A DNA stretch of 64,000 nucleotides from Hormiphora californensis (taxonomy: Eukaryota > Animalia > Ctenophora), in the NCBI GenBank assembly GCA_020137815.1, contig CM035352.1, positions 2,976,001-3,040,000 of the forward strand, in the 5' to 3' direction. The notes under the pieces were generated by a model, which was not told the origin of the DNA, did not search any database, and was given only the letters and a program-made list of their open reading frames with translations. Made by a program: the position numbers and the translations under genes. This document shows, in pieces, positions 18,236-31,507 of the stretch; within the stretch, counting starts at the first letter, position 1; each line of letters begins with the position of its first letter.

Positions 18236-20396
18236 TTAACTGAACAGCCCTATCCAGTATGTCTTCCCTCTGTTATTATGAATTGCCTGGGGTGTCGGCT
18301 CAGTTAACGCCCACTCATACCATATCTTGGTGCTCTCGACAACCCTCCAGAAATCCACAACGATCCGCTCCCCAGGTTTAACCAGGGTAGGAGTGGCAAG
18401 AGGGAAGAACATGGGAAACCAACTAAACATATCGGGGGAGTGGGTGTCGGGGTGTATACTAATCATCACATCCTTGTAGAGCTTAGCATCGAAATATCCT
18501 GCGAACCCGTGTAGCAAGGCCTCCATGGGTACTGGGCCATCCAGGGGCGCTGAATCTACAGGACCAGAAAACTCAAGGGATATATGCCGGCTATTGTCAA
18601 TTGGATTGTCGTGGTTAGGGTGTTTGAATGTGAAACACGCCTTTATTTTATCAAACACCCACACATTCTGTAGCCGCACTACATAACCCATATGGAAGGA
18701 ATTCTCGCTGGGGCTGTCTGGGGACTGCTTGTTGGTGTTGTTGTACAGCCTCCTAGACATGATGGGTGCCAGATAGGAGGTGTATTCACAGGGTATAGAC
18801 ACTCCATCCTCCTTCAACAACCTCTGGGCTCCATCTAGACACTCTGGAGAGAGCTCGTTATCACTGAATGATCCGAGGAGCTCACTAACAAGGATATCAG
18901 CCTTTTCAGGGGGGTTCCAGTCCCTCATATCGCTATCTATCAACGTCACATCAGAGAAGTATGGGTCGGTTATCAAGTGACGGAGGGTGATCAGGGCACA
19001 CTCGTTCTTTTCAACAGCATAGACCTGAAAAGAGATGGATGATTTACATATTGATTTATATTTAGATCACTCCCAGATGACACTAACATTACCCAGTCCC
19101 AACTCCCAGATCATGAGATTACTAGATTGAGGGTGTTATCATTACCTTGACAGGGATGTTGCACCGTTTTGAGGCGTTTAGAGATGCCCGGACTAGAGGA
19201 CCCCTACCAGCCCCCACCACCATAACCACTTGCTTCACTGGACCCTCTCCTGGTAACGGGTTGTTTCTGTCTATTAGAGCCCGATATACTGCCTCTTCGT
19301 ACTGTCGGTACTTTATTGGATCTTTCTCAAATATCTGTGGAGTGGGAATGTAAAATTAGTTTATTAATTAACCAGACTTTTCTCAAATATTAAAAAATAA
19401 TATTTAATAATTGTAATGTTGACTGGGAACCTGTGATTACCTCATAAGTAGCGTTATCAAGGTTATCCTTTAGAGGTTGTAGTGGTATTTGTAGCAGTTC
19501 CTCGTAACCCTGTGAAAAGCTCTCATACTCACTCTCCTGACCCCTGTTCTTGTAGAGGTAGGAGAGATAGCTCTGATAGGACTCCATACCTTTCCCGTGG
19601 CAATCTGATCCAGTCACAATCACCTGAATACAAGGTGTTATTAGGGGCCGCAAACACTTCATTTTTACAGTGTATTTGCACTTAATCTGGGACCTGGGTA
19701 TTTATTGGGTGAGTGGAAAATACAATGAGATGAACGAACCTGTATCTTATGTCGGTAAGCCCGTTTGATATAAGCCTGAAACTCTCTTCTCAGTACAGGA
19801 TAATCCTCCTTATTAGGAACAAACAGACTGGTGTCAAGGGAGAGGGCCAACACGACATCCCCAATCCACCGATCTAACTCCCGTAGTGAGGGTAAACAAG
19901 AGGATAGCTCCAACACCGCTGCTATCTTGTTCTGGTTCTCTGGGAAGAGAGTAAAGAATGTATTCCAGTTCTGCCACGAGGTTTTATCTGATATTTTAAT
20001 TCTAAACCAAATGGGTTTCCCGCCAGAATCCTGCAGCTGGTAAAGACACAGCCTGGCCAGGTTTTGATTCCTTTCCCCCGATAACTCCATCAGTACTGTG
20101 TTCACCCCCACATATTGGGAGAGTTTGAAACATCTCTTGAGTAGATTTTCAGATTTAGCCCTGACGAGAGGATCGCTACTGTCCACATTAACGTTAGGTG
20201 GTACTATTCCTATGACTTTAGATGACCAGTCAAAGTCGTGGTCAAAGAAGGGAAGCGGTTGGAAAGTGTAATCCGGAGAGAGTTCAGATAAGGGGACGCC
20301 AACAAATGAAAAGCCCTGGGTGTCAAATATCTCGGTTACATCCTTCTCTATGTCTCCATGCGTCTGATACTCAATTCCACAGATGGCTACTGACAT
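18236..20396 (-). CDS. PRMT5: Protein arginine N-methyltransferase 5, 4 exons
   Basis: Exons 20396-19740, 19623-19441, 19334-19146, 19024-18236, all GT-AG and in frame. Motifs LQIPLQPLKDNL...YEIFEKDPIKY, MVVGAGRGPLV, VEKN, KADILVSELLGSFSDNELSPECLDG, MFSWFPMFFP, IHNNRG. Confidence 0.96.
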
Positions 20397-20967
20397 CCCT
20401 ATAAACGGGGTGCATTGGCGACGATGAGCGAGGTGATACTCTTATTGGGGGAGTTGGAGAGCGGAGAGCCCCCTTTTCTCACTCAAAAAACGATCGGGAG
20501 GAATTAGGAAATGTGAACGAAAAGTCCAAAAATGAGCCAGGAAACATACATGAGATGTCTCACGTATTTAAGGAAGAATAATAATAATTCATGCTCTGGT
20601 GAGTATTTAATAAATGAGTATAGGCCCCTCGTTGCGGGGGCGTGGGCGAGGGTGCGTATCTGAGAATTCTCTTCAACAGCGGTCAAACGCACACAGTAGG
20701 GGACTCAGCATACCACAAGATGTTTCAGCATATTTTAGAGGCGAAGAAAGGCTGTTTCTAGTGGATAGTGAGTAGTGACCCGTTTTTGGCGAGAGACGGG
20801 AAGAAAAATGGGGAAATTAGCCTAAAAAAGACAAAAGTGGAAAAAAAGAAAGAAAACATATAATAAATTAATTCATGGTCTTGATAATTCTTCTTATCCT
20901 CTTCTTATTCACTTCACGTAACAAGCTCTATGGCGGCGCATTGACGCAAAATCAAAAAAAATAAAAA

Positions 20968-23287
20968 CATTCATAACATTCATAACATTCATAAATAAAT
21001 TTAGTATTGTACACAAAGTTTTAGCTCAAAAGGAGCCAACACTCAGATGACATGGAAAGTCAGCAGGTTATATGTATCAGCCAAATGACGATGAAAAGCA
21101 AAACACACTTTTATGATTCACCCATCTCTTTAAACACACTGGGGTCATTTCTCCAATCAATCAAGGAGTTACTGTGCTCCACCCGGTAGCCGCGGACAGG
21201 TGGCTGGTCGGGAATGGTGGTTAAGTAAGACCCAAGGGACTGTTTCAACTCGAGCAGTGATGTTGCTTCTCTCACTGCACGGGGTAGGGAATTCCACAGC
21301 TGTGCTCCTCTAACGCCGAATGATGAGTCATAAGGGCCAGATATGGATTTTTGAGCGAGGTAATTGTAACGGGGGACCAATGCTCTGGTACCAAGACGGG
21401 TGTGCTCAGTAAACAGGAGACCGGTGCCGTTTGGAACTACCTCGTGTAGAACCTTCCAGACATGGATAATCATGTATCGTTCACGACGCCGCTGGAGGGA
21501 CAAGATTTTGAGATGTTGGAGTCGATCCCAGTACCCAATACCAGAACAGCTCTCAATCCTACGTGTGAAGTGTCTCTGGGCCTCTTCAACCAAGGCAATA
21601 TCGGACTTTTTCACCGGACTCCACAAAGGACAGCAGTACTCCACCTGAGGTCTTATGATGGACTTCAGTAAGGTTAGCATTGTGTCATCGGATCTATCTC
21701 GAAACACACTTAGTGCCCAGCCACTCATGCGACGAGCCTTAGCTGTTATGCTGCCGATGTGCTCTGACCATGTGCAGTCTGCAGAAACAAGAACCCCTAG
21801 ATCTTTCACAGTGGAACTTGGCGATATAGTCTCACCTCCAGGTCCGCTATAGAGGTAGTTATCAGTGGAGAAAGGAAGCTCCCTCAGAAGTTGGGTGGAA
21901 CGAAGTGTATAGTTCAGCACCTCGAACTTGTCCTGATGGAGTGACATATTGTTGTCTATAGCCCAACGACCAAATTCATTAAGACTCAGCTGCAGATCAT
22001 CTCTGTCATTGAGTGACCTGATGGCTTTCCACAGCTTAGAGTCATCTGCAAATGTTAGGACTGTGCCAGCAAGGAGTGATTCAATGTCTATCATGTAAAC
22101 CAAGAACAGAAGCGGACCAATAACAGTACCCTGAGGGACACCACTAATGACGAATTCCGGTCGAGACTGAACTCCGTCTACCACAACTGTCTGTACTCTA
22201 GCTGAAAGAAAGTCACTTATCCAGCGCAGCAATCTACCACGTATACCATACTTTTCAAGCTTTCCTAATAGCACCTTGATATCGACCTTGTCAAACGCCT
22301 TCTCCATATCCAAGTAGACGACATCCACTTCCAAACCATTATTCAGTTCACGCATGATGTTATCATAATGGTTCAAGAGTTGGGTCAGACAACTCCTATT
22401 TCTTCGAAAGCCGTGCTGACCATCATTGAAGATTCCATTTCCCTCCAGGTGATCCACAACTTTGTTCCTCACAACCCTCTCAAAAGTCTTGATCATATGG
22501 GATGTGAGTGCAACAGGGCGATAGTTTTTGGCCTCCATCTTTGAACCCTTCTTGAAGACTGGTGTGACCTGTTGACGTTTGAGACAGGCTGGTACAACAC
22601 CCTCAGTGAATGAACGGTTCCAGAGCAACCAAAGCGGGTATGCTAGCTGTTTCCGGCACTTGGATAGTATAACCGCAGGTATGTCATCTGACGGTGCTCC
22701 AGCGTAGGGGTCCAATTCAGCCAGTGCAGCTTCAATACAACCAGGGGTGAAGTCAAGTTCATCTAGTGTGCAGGTCGTAGAAGGAATGTCCTTGATAGCC
22801 TCCTCAACCGAGCACATGGATGGGTCACTGAATACTCCTACATATTGTGACTGGAGAATATTAGATTTTTCCAAGGGGTCATCAGTCACTGTACCATCAG
22901 ATCTCAGGAGTGGTGCCACACTGGATTTGATTTTTCGGTGCTTGTTAACAAAGGACCAGAAAAACCTGGAATTCGACTTGATGGTGTCAATGGCTTTCCT
23001 CTCCTTCACTTCCAGCAGCCCTAACAAGTGAGCCTTAATGTTATCGGCTGTCTTATTTACCTTGCGTTCGAGTTTATTGATAAGAGACTGGTGTGAGTTT
23101 CTCTGTATGGCCAGTTTCACCCGAGAGTTCAGCTTTTTCTGCCTCCTTTTCAGTCTTCTCAGGTATGGATCTCTCTTTCTTTGAGTACCAAACCTCTTTC
23201 TTTTGCTGTGTTTTTCAAATACCCTTAGTATAGTCTCTCTGATACACTGAACAAATGAGTGACCATCATCATCAGAGTTACAGGAGG
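20968..23287 (-). mobile_element. 5'-truncated CR1-like LINE with (ATGAATGTT)n tail
   Basis: Open RT ORF, short 3' UTR, tandem tail at ~20968-20995, A-rich TSD (AAAAAAATAAAAA) at both ends. Confidence 0.9.
21111..23285 (-). CDS. LINE reverse transcriptase, 5'-partial (no endonuclease)
   Basis: NYRPVALTS, QHGFRRNRSC, YLDMEKAFDKV, SGVPQGTVIGPLLF, FADD, KDLGV, SLQRRRER; uninterrupted frame. ORF-track N-terminus comes from the flanking repeat. Confidence 0.88.
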   Translation of the reverse strand, partial: SCNSDDDGHSFVQCIRETILRVFEKHSKRKRFGTQRKRDPYLRRLKRRQKKLNSRVKLAIQRNSHQSLINKLERKVNKTADNIKAHLLGLLEVKERKAIDTIKSNSRFFWSFVNKHRKIKSSVAPLLRSDGTVTDDPLEKSNILQSQYVGVFSDPSMCSVEEAIKDIPSTTCTLDELDFTPGCIEAALAELDPYAGAPSDDIPAVILSKCRKQLAYPLWLLWNRSFTEGVVPACLKRQQVTPVFKKGSKMEAKNYRPVALTSHMIKTFERVVRNKVVDHLEGNGIFNDGQHGFRRNRSCLTQLLNHYDNIMRELNNGLEVDVVYLDMEKAFDKVDIKVLLGKLEKYGIRGRLLRWISDFLSARVQTVVVDGVQSRPEFVISGVPQGTVIGPLLFLVYMIDIESLLAGTVLTFADDSKLWKAIRSLNDRDDLQLSLNEFGRWAIDNNMSLHQDKFEVLNYTLRSTQLLRELPFSTDNYLYSGPGGETISPSSTVKDLGVLVSADCTWSEHIGSITAKARRMSGWALSVFRDRSDDTMLTLLKSIIRPQVEYCCPLWSPVKKSDIALVEEAQRHFTRRIESCSGIGYWDRLQHLKILSLQRRRERYMIIHVWKVLHEVVPNGTGLLFTEHTRLGTRALVPRYNYLAQKSISGPYDSSFGVRGAQLWNSLPRAVREATSLLELKQSLGSYLTTIPDQPPVRGYRVEHSNSLIDWRNDPSVFKEMGES

Positions 23288-24589
23288 AAAAAAATAAAAA
23301 AACGTGTTTCAAAAAACATGTTTTTAAAAAAACATGTTTTCGAAAATTTTGATTTTGCGTCAATGCGCCACGTAAGCCGGCTCAATGACGCAAAATCATG
23401 TTTTCGAAAATTTTTATTTTGCGTCAATGCGCCACGTGGCCGGCGCATTGACGCAAAATCAAAATTTTCGGAAAAAAACATGTTTTCGAAAATGTTGATT
23501 TTGCGTCATAGGGATCCCTAAAAAAGTTCAGAGTTTACACAGCGTTTAAATACACAGTCTTTACTCAGTCATTACACCCAGAGCGGCGCGTGCTGCGCGT
23601 TTTGGTGTTTTCACTGCAATCATGAGTGTTTTACGCGCTGCGGCTAAAAAATATGGTAACAACGCTGCTAAATTTTTAATATTCAGTGCGCTCTAAAAAT
23701 AGGGGTTTTTTAATTTTTTTTAAAGTGGAAAAGCTACTAAAGATTTGAGATAAGCGTTCAATTCAAACTCTCAAGGCCTCAGGCCTAGGCCCTAGCTAGA
23801 TAGATTACAATCTGGGTACATACACAGCTATAGGTATATATAGCCTACCTATGATAGTAAGATATAGCCCATCAAAGATGTACTTCGACTGTAATTTTCA
23901 AACGGCCCGGTTTTGAAGGAAAGCGAAACATATTAATATGATATTGGGCGACGGGCGTTCTCCGGTCGCTACAGTTGGACCCTGATTAGGGTGGTGTCAA
24001 GGTCAAGGGATTACTTCGGCCCCTCGGTTTTCTGAAAGTAGACACCTATAGCTGTCGATAGAGCCCAATATCAGCTCTCTAGCCCATCTACGATTAGCGC
24101 ATTAACACCAAGCTTTTTTGGTCACGTGACAGACCGATTTCGACCACGAGGTAGCGATGTGCTCGCGATCACCGTGTGCCGCGCCCTAGTGCTGACAACT
24201 CAACTAAACAGAAGAGCGCACTAGTTCACACATTTCGATAATTGAATTTCTCAGTCTGGGAATGGGAGCCCTCAGAGCATGGAACAGAAGCCCTCCAACT
24301 GGCGCCAAATTAGCCCCATACTGATAAGACTGGGGAGCGGGGAATGTCAATGAGTTCTCCCTTTTCTCATACACACACTGTAATACACACCAACAAACAG
24401 ACAAATTGTGCCACCCAACTTTCAGGCCTTCCTGTGAACCGTGAGTGTGGCTATAGATGGTCCGATCAAAATTGCTACAATCAGATTTATGGAAAGTTAT
24501 AACCAATAGAAGAAACTTTTAAATATTATGTTGTCCAGCAATATCGGAAAAAAGTGTGGTTTATCATAACATACTACTACTAGGTACTA

Positions 24590-25908
24590 GAGTACCCGTT
24601 TGCTGGGAACCCGTGACCTGGTAAATGGTAATTTATCCTCATATAACCGGTGACATTTGTGTTTGATTTTTAAAAGATAAATTAATTTGTTTGTCCCTTA
24701 GAGCAATGAGTCTCATAGTAGGAGCGCGTTACAATTTTGGCGAGGCGGGTAAATCATTTACTGTAACGCGCGAATTTTCCCAAAAAAGCGCTGCTTTTTT
24801 ACGCCGCGCGCGGAACCTAGAGTTACGCGCGCAGTGTAAAATTTTAAAATTCATTGTATTGAATTTCCTCGCCAAAAAAAAAGTCGACGAAAAATTCCAA
24901 ATTCGTGAATTTAGAATTATAAGAACTCCGGTCAGTTCTCATCTTGCCAATCCGTTTTCCGGGAACCCCTGGCCAAAGGACATTAAAATTCACATAACGA
25001 CCAAGTTTCATATCGATAGAGTACCCGTTTGCTGGGAACCCGTGACCTGGTAAATGGTAATTTGTGTTTGATTTTTAAAAGATAATTTGTTTGTTCCTTA
25101 GAGCAATGACAGTGGTCATCCGACATATTCCGACGTGAAATTCGACCTGAATCTCGACCTTGAATGAGGCGCGCATCAGAGAGATGTGCCGCAGTAAGCA
25201 AATGATGTCGCGCTTCAACTCTTCTCTCTCGTTAGTCTTTGTATCTCTCACTACGAATGCGCGCCTCATTCCAGGTCGAGATTCAGGTCGAATTTCACGT
25301 CGAGGTATGGCAATTATGTCGGATGACCACTGTGAGTCTCATAGTAGGAGCGGTTAGATCTGCACGTGCAGAAAGTCGCGCGCCACCCTAATCTCAGGTT
25401 ACTCTCACGGCTTCATTTCGCATCCAATCCAAAAGTGACCTTCATCAAACATGTAGATCTCCTCAAGGAGAAGCGAAAATTTGCGGGACATTTCTTGATT
25501 GGATGCGACCTCGAGGAGCTATGACAATGCGCAAAAAGGGGTGGCACGCGACTTTAACCACGTGGTGATCTAACCGCTCCTACTATCATGATACACATTG
25601 GGTTTTTGAAAAAACGGCCATTACAATTTTGGCGAGGCGGGTAAATCATTTACTGTAACGCGCGAATTTTTCCAAAAAGCGCTGCTTTTTTACGCCGCGC
25701 GCGGAACCTAAAATTACGCGCGCAGTGTAAAATTTTAAAATTCATTGAAAATTTCCTCGCGTTTTATGTCGCCAAAAAAAAGTCGACGAAAAATCCCAAA
25801 TTCGTGAATTATAAGAACTCCGGTCAGTTCTCATCTTGCCAATCCGTTTTCCGGGAACCCCTGGCCAAAGGACATTAAAGTTCACATAACGACCAAGTTT
25901 CATATCGA
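24590..25908. repeat. Partially duplicated, nested non-autonomous repeats
   Basis: About 24729-25017 recurs at 25621-25908; 24590-24634 recurs at about 25018-25062; internal inverted arms near 25107-25177 and 25258-25333. Confidence 0.75.
25342..25585. mobile_element. MITE
   Basis: TIR TAGTAGGAGCGGTTAGATC / GATCTAACCGCTCCTACTA. Confidence 0.7.
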
Positions 25909-28053
25909 TTGGATAAGATTTTGGGTGGCTACGGTGAAAAATATCGTATTTTTGGCATTTTTAACTTTCCCGACGCGATTTACGACCCTTAAACATTGAG
26001 TTACGGGAAATCGCTATCATGTAAAATGAAGTTCAAACGATTCTCTTTCCCCACTATTGCGTTAGTTTTTTGATTTAGAGCCGTTTTCAGGGTCTTAGAA
26101 GCGTTTGAAAAATGTAAGTATTTTTGGCGCAATGACGTCACCCCGTGACGTCACTGTTGTAAAGATCGGATCAAAAATCTGAGCCCGTACTTACACCCGC
26201 CTTGGTCCAAAGTACCAGTGTACAAATTTTCAGGGGTCTAGCTCAAAAACTGTAGGAGGAGTAGGGAGAAAACAATTATCGGACTAACATTTTGGAATTT
26301 ATTATATGGATACTTGACATACAGCATATTGACTCATTTTATGTCGGAATTGGAAAACTCATTCTCTCACCTCTCGGGGCAGAGTGGGAGAGGATGAACT
26401 GACGAACTGTGACACACTATAAACTATCAAGTGGAAAGCATCCAATGTCAAAGCATGTCTAATACTGTCTATATGTATACTACAGCCCTGTCCTGCAAGG
26501 TGCCACATGCCCCCGTTCTCGCTTTTAACGGTCAACGGAGGTAGGTGCTGCCTGACCTGTATGGGGGCGCCAAACGCCATAGTGCCATACCCCATTTGAT
26601 TCTCAAAGTGCGCTCAGATGGGTCGCGGCGCCAGACAGTGCCTGACAGATTACACCAGCACATTATGCTGTGGTGCCGTATCAGTGATAGAGCATGCTCC
26701 ATTTTGATTCTACTGTGACAAATTCAGGTAATCAAGCGTTTAGGTTCTTGTAGACACTAGACCTGTCAGACCTTTGGCCTGACCCTATTCTGAATTCTCA
26801 TTTTTCTTTAGAATAACAGATGTGAGTGCTTTGGCCTGACAGCTCTCACACCTATTCTGATTTCTGTTCTGCACACGAAACACATTAACAGTGGTAAGTT
26901 GTTGAATAAGGGAGAATAGTCTCCCACTCTTCCCCCTTACTCAACAAGTGGTAAGAGCTTTGGCCTGAAGACAGAATAGTTCTGCGAGATGGAGAACGGG
27001 GCAGGCAGTACCTGATAGTAGAACGGGGCAGGCAGGACCTGACAGTACACCATTGCCTACTGTAACTAACAGCTTAGCTACAAACATTCTCTGAATCTCT
27101 GATTCAAGCTATGAGAGAGGACCAGCTTCGGAGTCCCATTGTGTTATACTGGCCAGGAAATGTTTTGAGCAATTATTATTACAGTGGGGAAAGGAGACGC
27201 CGGCTAGGTATATGAAATTGTCGAAAAATTTTGTTTCTCGTCTAGGACTGTCAGGTGCTCCTTCCAATTTTGGGTTTTGGGCAAAAATTTTCCTTTCTGA
27301 GATGAATTAAGGGGAAACCTTGCTTTTATAGTGCTGTAGGGCCCATTTAAACGGGAAAATGGGAAACTAAAAGGTTTCCGTACGACCGTACGTTGAAACA
27401 AAATTTTTCGGGGGGGAAAAAGGTGAGAAGGGTTTTGTATCTATCCTGAATATGTCTGTAGTCATGTATTTCATTATGTTGCCCAAGTTTTTTACTGTTT
27501 AAAATTTTTATGGGTGCTCCCCCAAGGTTTTTTAAGGGCTCACCTTCCGGGTGACCATTCACTTTTAAACTCTGTAAACAACAATTTTTTCCCAGTGAAA
27601 TTTAAAAATTAACGTTGCTGACTTGCTGCCCTCAGCCCCCGGATAATGGAGTTTTGGGCTGACATACCAAGAAAACCTTTTTGCATGCATGTACGGGAAA
27701 GGGCCAGGGGTTTTTTTCGAGAAATTTAAACTCCGACCTCGCTCGGGTCCCAACAGGGGCAAGGGTTTGGGGGGTCCTTATCTACCAACAATGCTCAAAA
27801 TACTGTACGTTTTTTTTGTCTCCAATAATGATTTAATTTCATTCGATCTTTGGTTTGAACCTATTCTCGCGTGAGAACTGTGGTCAGAGCATTGGCCTGA
27901 CAGATAATTCAATAATTCATGATATTGATATAAAAAAGATACAATATCTTACTATCATATGTCACAAACATTCCAATGGAGGTTTGGTATTCCCGGCCCG
28001 GGTTTTCCCTTGGGGGTCAAAGAGAGAGAGAGAAAAAGAGAGAGAGAAAAGAG

Positions 28054-28084
<31 letters not shown>

Positions 28085-28777
28085 GAAGGAAAAAAAAAGG
28101 AGAGAGAGGAAGAGAGAGAGAAGAGAGAGGAAGAGAGAGAGGAGAAAAAGAAGAGCGAGAGGAGGGGCCCCCGAGAGAGGAAAAAGAGAAGAAAAGGGAA
28201 AAGGAGGGAGGGGGAAAAGGGGGAGGTAGGAGGGGGAGGGGGGGAGGGAGGAAGGGGGAGGGTTGGGAGGGGGGGGGGAGGGATTTGGGGATTGGAAAAG
28301 AGGGGGGAAGGGAAGGAAAAGAAGGGGGGGGGGGTGGAAGGGGGGGGGGGGGAAAAAAAAAGGGGGGGGGGCCCCCCCCCCGGGGTTTTCCCCCCCCCCC
28401 CGGGGGAAGAGGGGCTTTTTCCCCCTGAAAGGGTTTCAGGCTACAGAAACCCAACCTGAAAAAAGGGGAAAAAAGGGGGAAGGTAGAAGGCACGGACCGT
28501 CCTGTTTTTCCTCTCTAGATTTGCTATGGGGTTTTAATGGGCCCCATTTTTTATTTTTGGGGTTTAAAAAATAGAAAACAACATTTTTTTTTCAAGTGGA
28601 AAATCCATCATTCATGATATTTTAAAAAAATATGTCCCCCTTTAAAAACACCCCAAAATGGGATGAAATGGATGGGAAATATATATAATAAAAATTTAGG
28701 ACACTTACATTTACCAAAATTCCCTCTCGGGGTACATTTTTTTTTGGGGTTACTATTTTCAAATTGATATTTTACCA

Positions 28778-29727
28778 CAGTTATAGAACCCCGATTTACC
28801 CGGCTCCTCGGGGGGAGGGGGAGCTAGTAAAAAAGGGTAAAAATTTTCACCCCAAAACCCCTTGGTTTTTGGGGAAGAAATTTAAACCGCTCGGATAGTA
28901 AAAATATCATATAGGGGGCGACTTTGGGGGTTTTTAAACGTCGGCTAATTTGAAACCCTACTTTAAAAATTTTAAGGGCCCGTAGCTGTGCAAATTTGAT
29001 TTTTTGACCCCCATGGGCTGGCCTGAATTCTAAAATAGCCCCCCGATGTTTAAAAAAAACCCCAAAACTGGGGGCACCGCTGGCCCCGTAAAATGGGGGG
29101 TTTCAAAATTTGCCGCCATTTTAAATAAACCATCCCCCACGGGGACGGGGATTAGGGGGTCCGGGGCTGGGGGAAATCGGAAATTCTAAAAATCCCAAAG
29201 TAAAATTTCTATTATATATAATAAAGTAAAACTTTTTTTTAAATTTCTTTTATTTTTTTTTTCAAAAACCCCTAAAAAAAAAACGGGCAAAAATAATTTT
29301 CTGTAGAACCCCCCCGGGTTTTTAATGGGGAGGACTATACGCCCGGGATAAACGGGGAAAATTTTTAAAACATGGAATTGAATTTTTAAAAGAAAATTTT
29401 TTTTCCCCCCAATTTTTTTGGGGATAAATTGGGGTACAAATAGAAAACTTTTAAATCTTTTTAAAGGAAAAACCAAATTCCATATTTTCCAAAGCTGTAC
29501 AGTGGACCCCCCGGGGTCCCCGGAGATGCATAGTACCAATACCATCAGTTATTCGATGCGGGGGTCCGAAGACTGGGTCATTCAATTCAGTTGTCGTGAA
29601 AAACACGCCATGTGAATGAACAGTTGGGATATATGTAGTTTAGAAATCTATAAGTTGCAAACGTTTGTGGGGCATCTATCCGCCTGATATATCGCCATCG
29701 GAGGCCAGTAAATCGGGGTTCTACAGT
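28778..29727. mobile_element. Tc1/pogo-type MITE, degraded or low-quality sequence
   Basis: TAGAACCCCGATTTAC near 28783 and GTAAATCGGGGTTCTA near 29708-29723; a miniature relative lies at about 31832-31897. Confidence 0.5.
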
Positions 29728-30808
29728 AATTGAAATCCGTGCAAAAGTTTCATAATATGATACTAAAAAAACTCTTAAAGAGCTCTTCACCAACATGAAC
29801 AAAACATGAACAAAAAAGCGTCTTTATTGTTCTATCTAAATTTTGAGGCATTAATTGACACTGAAACGTTTTCATCGTAGATGATTCAGTGCAGTCGTCT
29901 GCGGTTGCCACAACAAACTACCGTCCACCACGGCACCTGAAAATATTAAAATGTTACGAACAATCAATAAAAACCAATATTAGATTTATTAGGAAATTGC
30001 TGTATATAGTGTTGGACAACTATTAATCCACATTTAACCTAAAAGGCCAAGGGCGGGAAGGGACGCCAGGGCGGGATGCAACGCGGGGGAAGAAGGGAAG
30101 TAAGGGCGGGAGGGAACGCGAGGCGATAAACGGTACAAATTTGAACTCAGGACAGCCGTGAGACTTCAGTTATTCGTTTACACCATGCCTTTTGCGCAAC
30201 ACACTCGTCCTTCCAACAATGATGTTCTGCAACATCTTGTGTTTGTACAAGGAAATTTGGGGAAGACACGTGTGGTTGACCCAGTGCTTGATACTGCTGC
30301 CGAGGACATTGTTACCTTGTTTTCTACTCTTGGTCATGTTGTGCACAAGAAACACGTGAAAAGGTATAATCCATGTTATTTTCTATTCGAACTATACGCT
30401 CGACGTAGGTATCGTTATGCTATTTTTATAGTTTGATTCCGATGATTTTCGGACGACCGAAAACCGATGAAACAATACCACCGACGAATATATTACTGTA
30501 TTTTAACTTAGATTTAACCCGAGTAACAAATTATTGGCATAAGTTGATTTTGTCTCCCATTTTCATCCAGCCCTTGACTTAACTTAACTTTATTCATATT
30601 GTTTAGATCACTTGTACTCTCGTCCGCGTCCCGGAATTCCAATCTTTATTTGTCCTTTATAGCAGAGCTATAGTTATAGTTAGATAGGATAGTAAATACT
30701 AGTAGACAGTTTTTTTTGATAGTTCATTAACCATGCCCTATAGACAGATGGGGTAAATGGACAGATGTAGAGATTGGGGAGGAAGGGGAAAGGAGCGTGA
30801 GGGAGTGT

Positions 30809-30847
30809 AAGAGTGAGAGAAAGAGAAAGAGAAAGAGAAAGAGAAAT

Positions 30848-30913
<66 letters not shown>

Positions 30914-30926
30914 AAGCGAGAGAGAG

Positions 30927-31000
<74 letters not shown>
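30809..31000. repeat. (AG)n-rich microsatellite
   Basis: Directly visible. Confidence 0.9.
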
Positions 31001-31001
<1 letters not shown>

Positions 31002-31335
31002 GAAAGAGAGAAAGAAATGACAGGGAGAAATTACAGAGAGCACAGGATAATGAGAATTGTGAGAGAATGGGGAAAATATCATGGGTCGCGACTGTCGGGC
31101 GTCGGCCTTATCTGATACGTTATCATTTGAAAGTTCCCAAGGAGAGAAGCCCTAGATTGTTATAAAATTAGTGTCTATGATGGTCTATGGCTTAGGGAAG
31201 ATCAGACAAGCCATGACATCACGAGAGAGCCAAAATCGGTGTAACCAAGTAGCATGATCGTGGTGTCTCAAATCACCTGAGCTGCATTAAATGAGTCAAA
31301 TAGTGCCATGTAATTTCAGAGATTAAAATATTTCT

Positions 31336-31507
31336 CTATTCAAGTGTTAGGGGACCCTCTCAATTATGTCAATTATGACGTTATCAGTAGCTATCAGAAA
31401 TTGACGTCATAATTACCATAATGATGAATAATTAGAGAACGAGAAAAGATTGGGAGCTCTGCTTGGGCGCATTTTACTCAGGAGAGGGTCCCCTAACACT
31501 TGAATAG
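31336..31507. mobile_element. Short inverted-repeat element (MITE core)
   Basis: 26-bp perfect IR CTATTCAAGTGTTAGGGGACCCTCTC / GAGAGGGTCCCCTAACACTTGAATAG; true ends unresolved. Confidence 0.6.

Larger units (their letters stand above)
20860..23510. mobile_element. Foldback-type repeat copy split by a LINE insertion
   Basis: 20860-20966 and 23288-23510 are near-identical to the contiguous copy at about 42082-42420. Confidence 0.8.

Noticed and set aside
27180-29500. G/A-rich ORFs and apparent G-quadruplex cluster
   Set aside because: Pervasive inflated homopolymers and garbled (AG)n look like low-coverage long-read error; not interpretable.
29860-30440. Possible small minus-strand gene (acceptor near 29936, short ORFs)
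   Set aside because: Could not assemble a consistent spliced ORF or recognise a motif.
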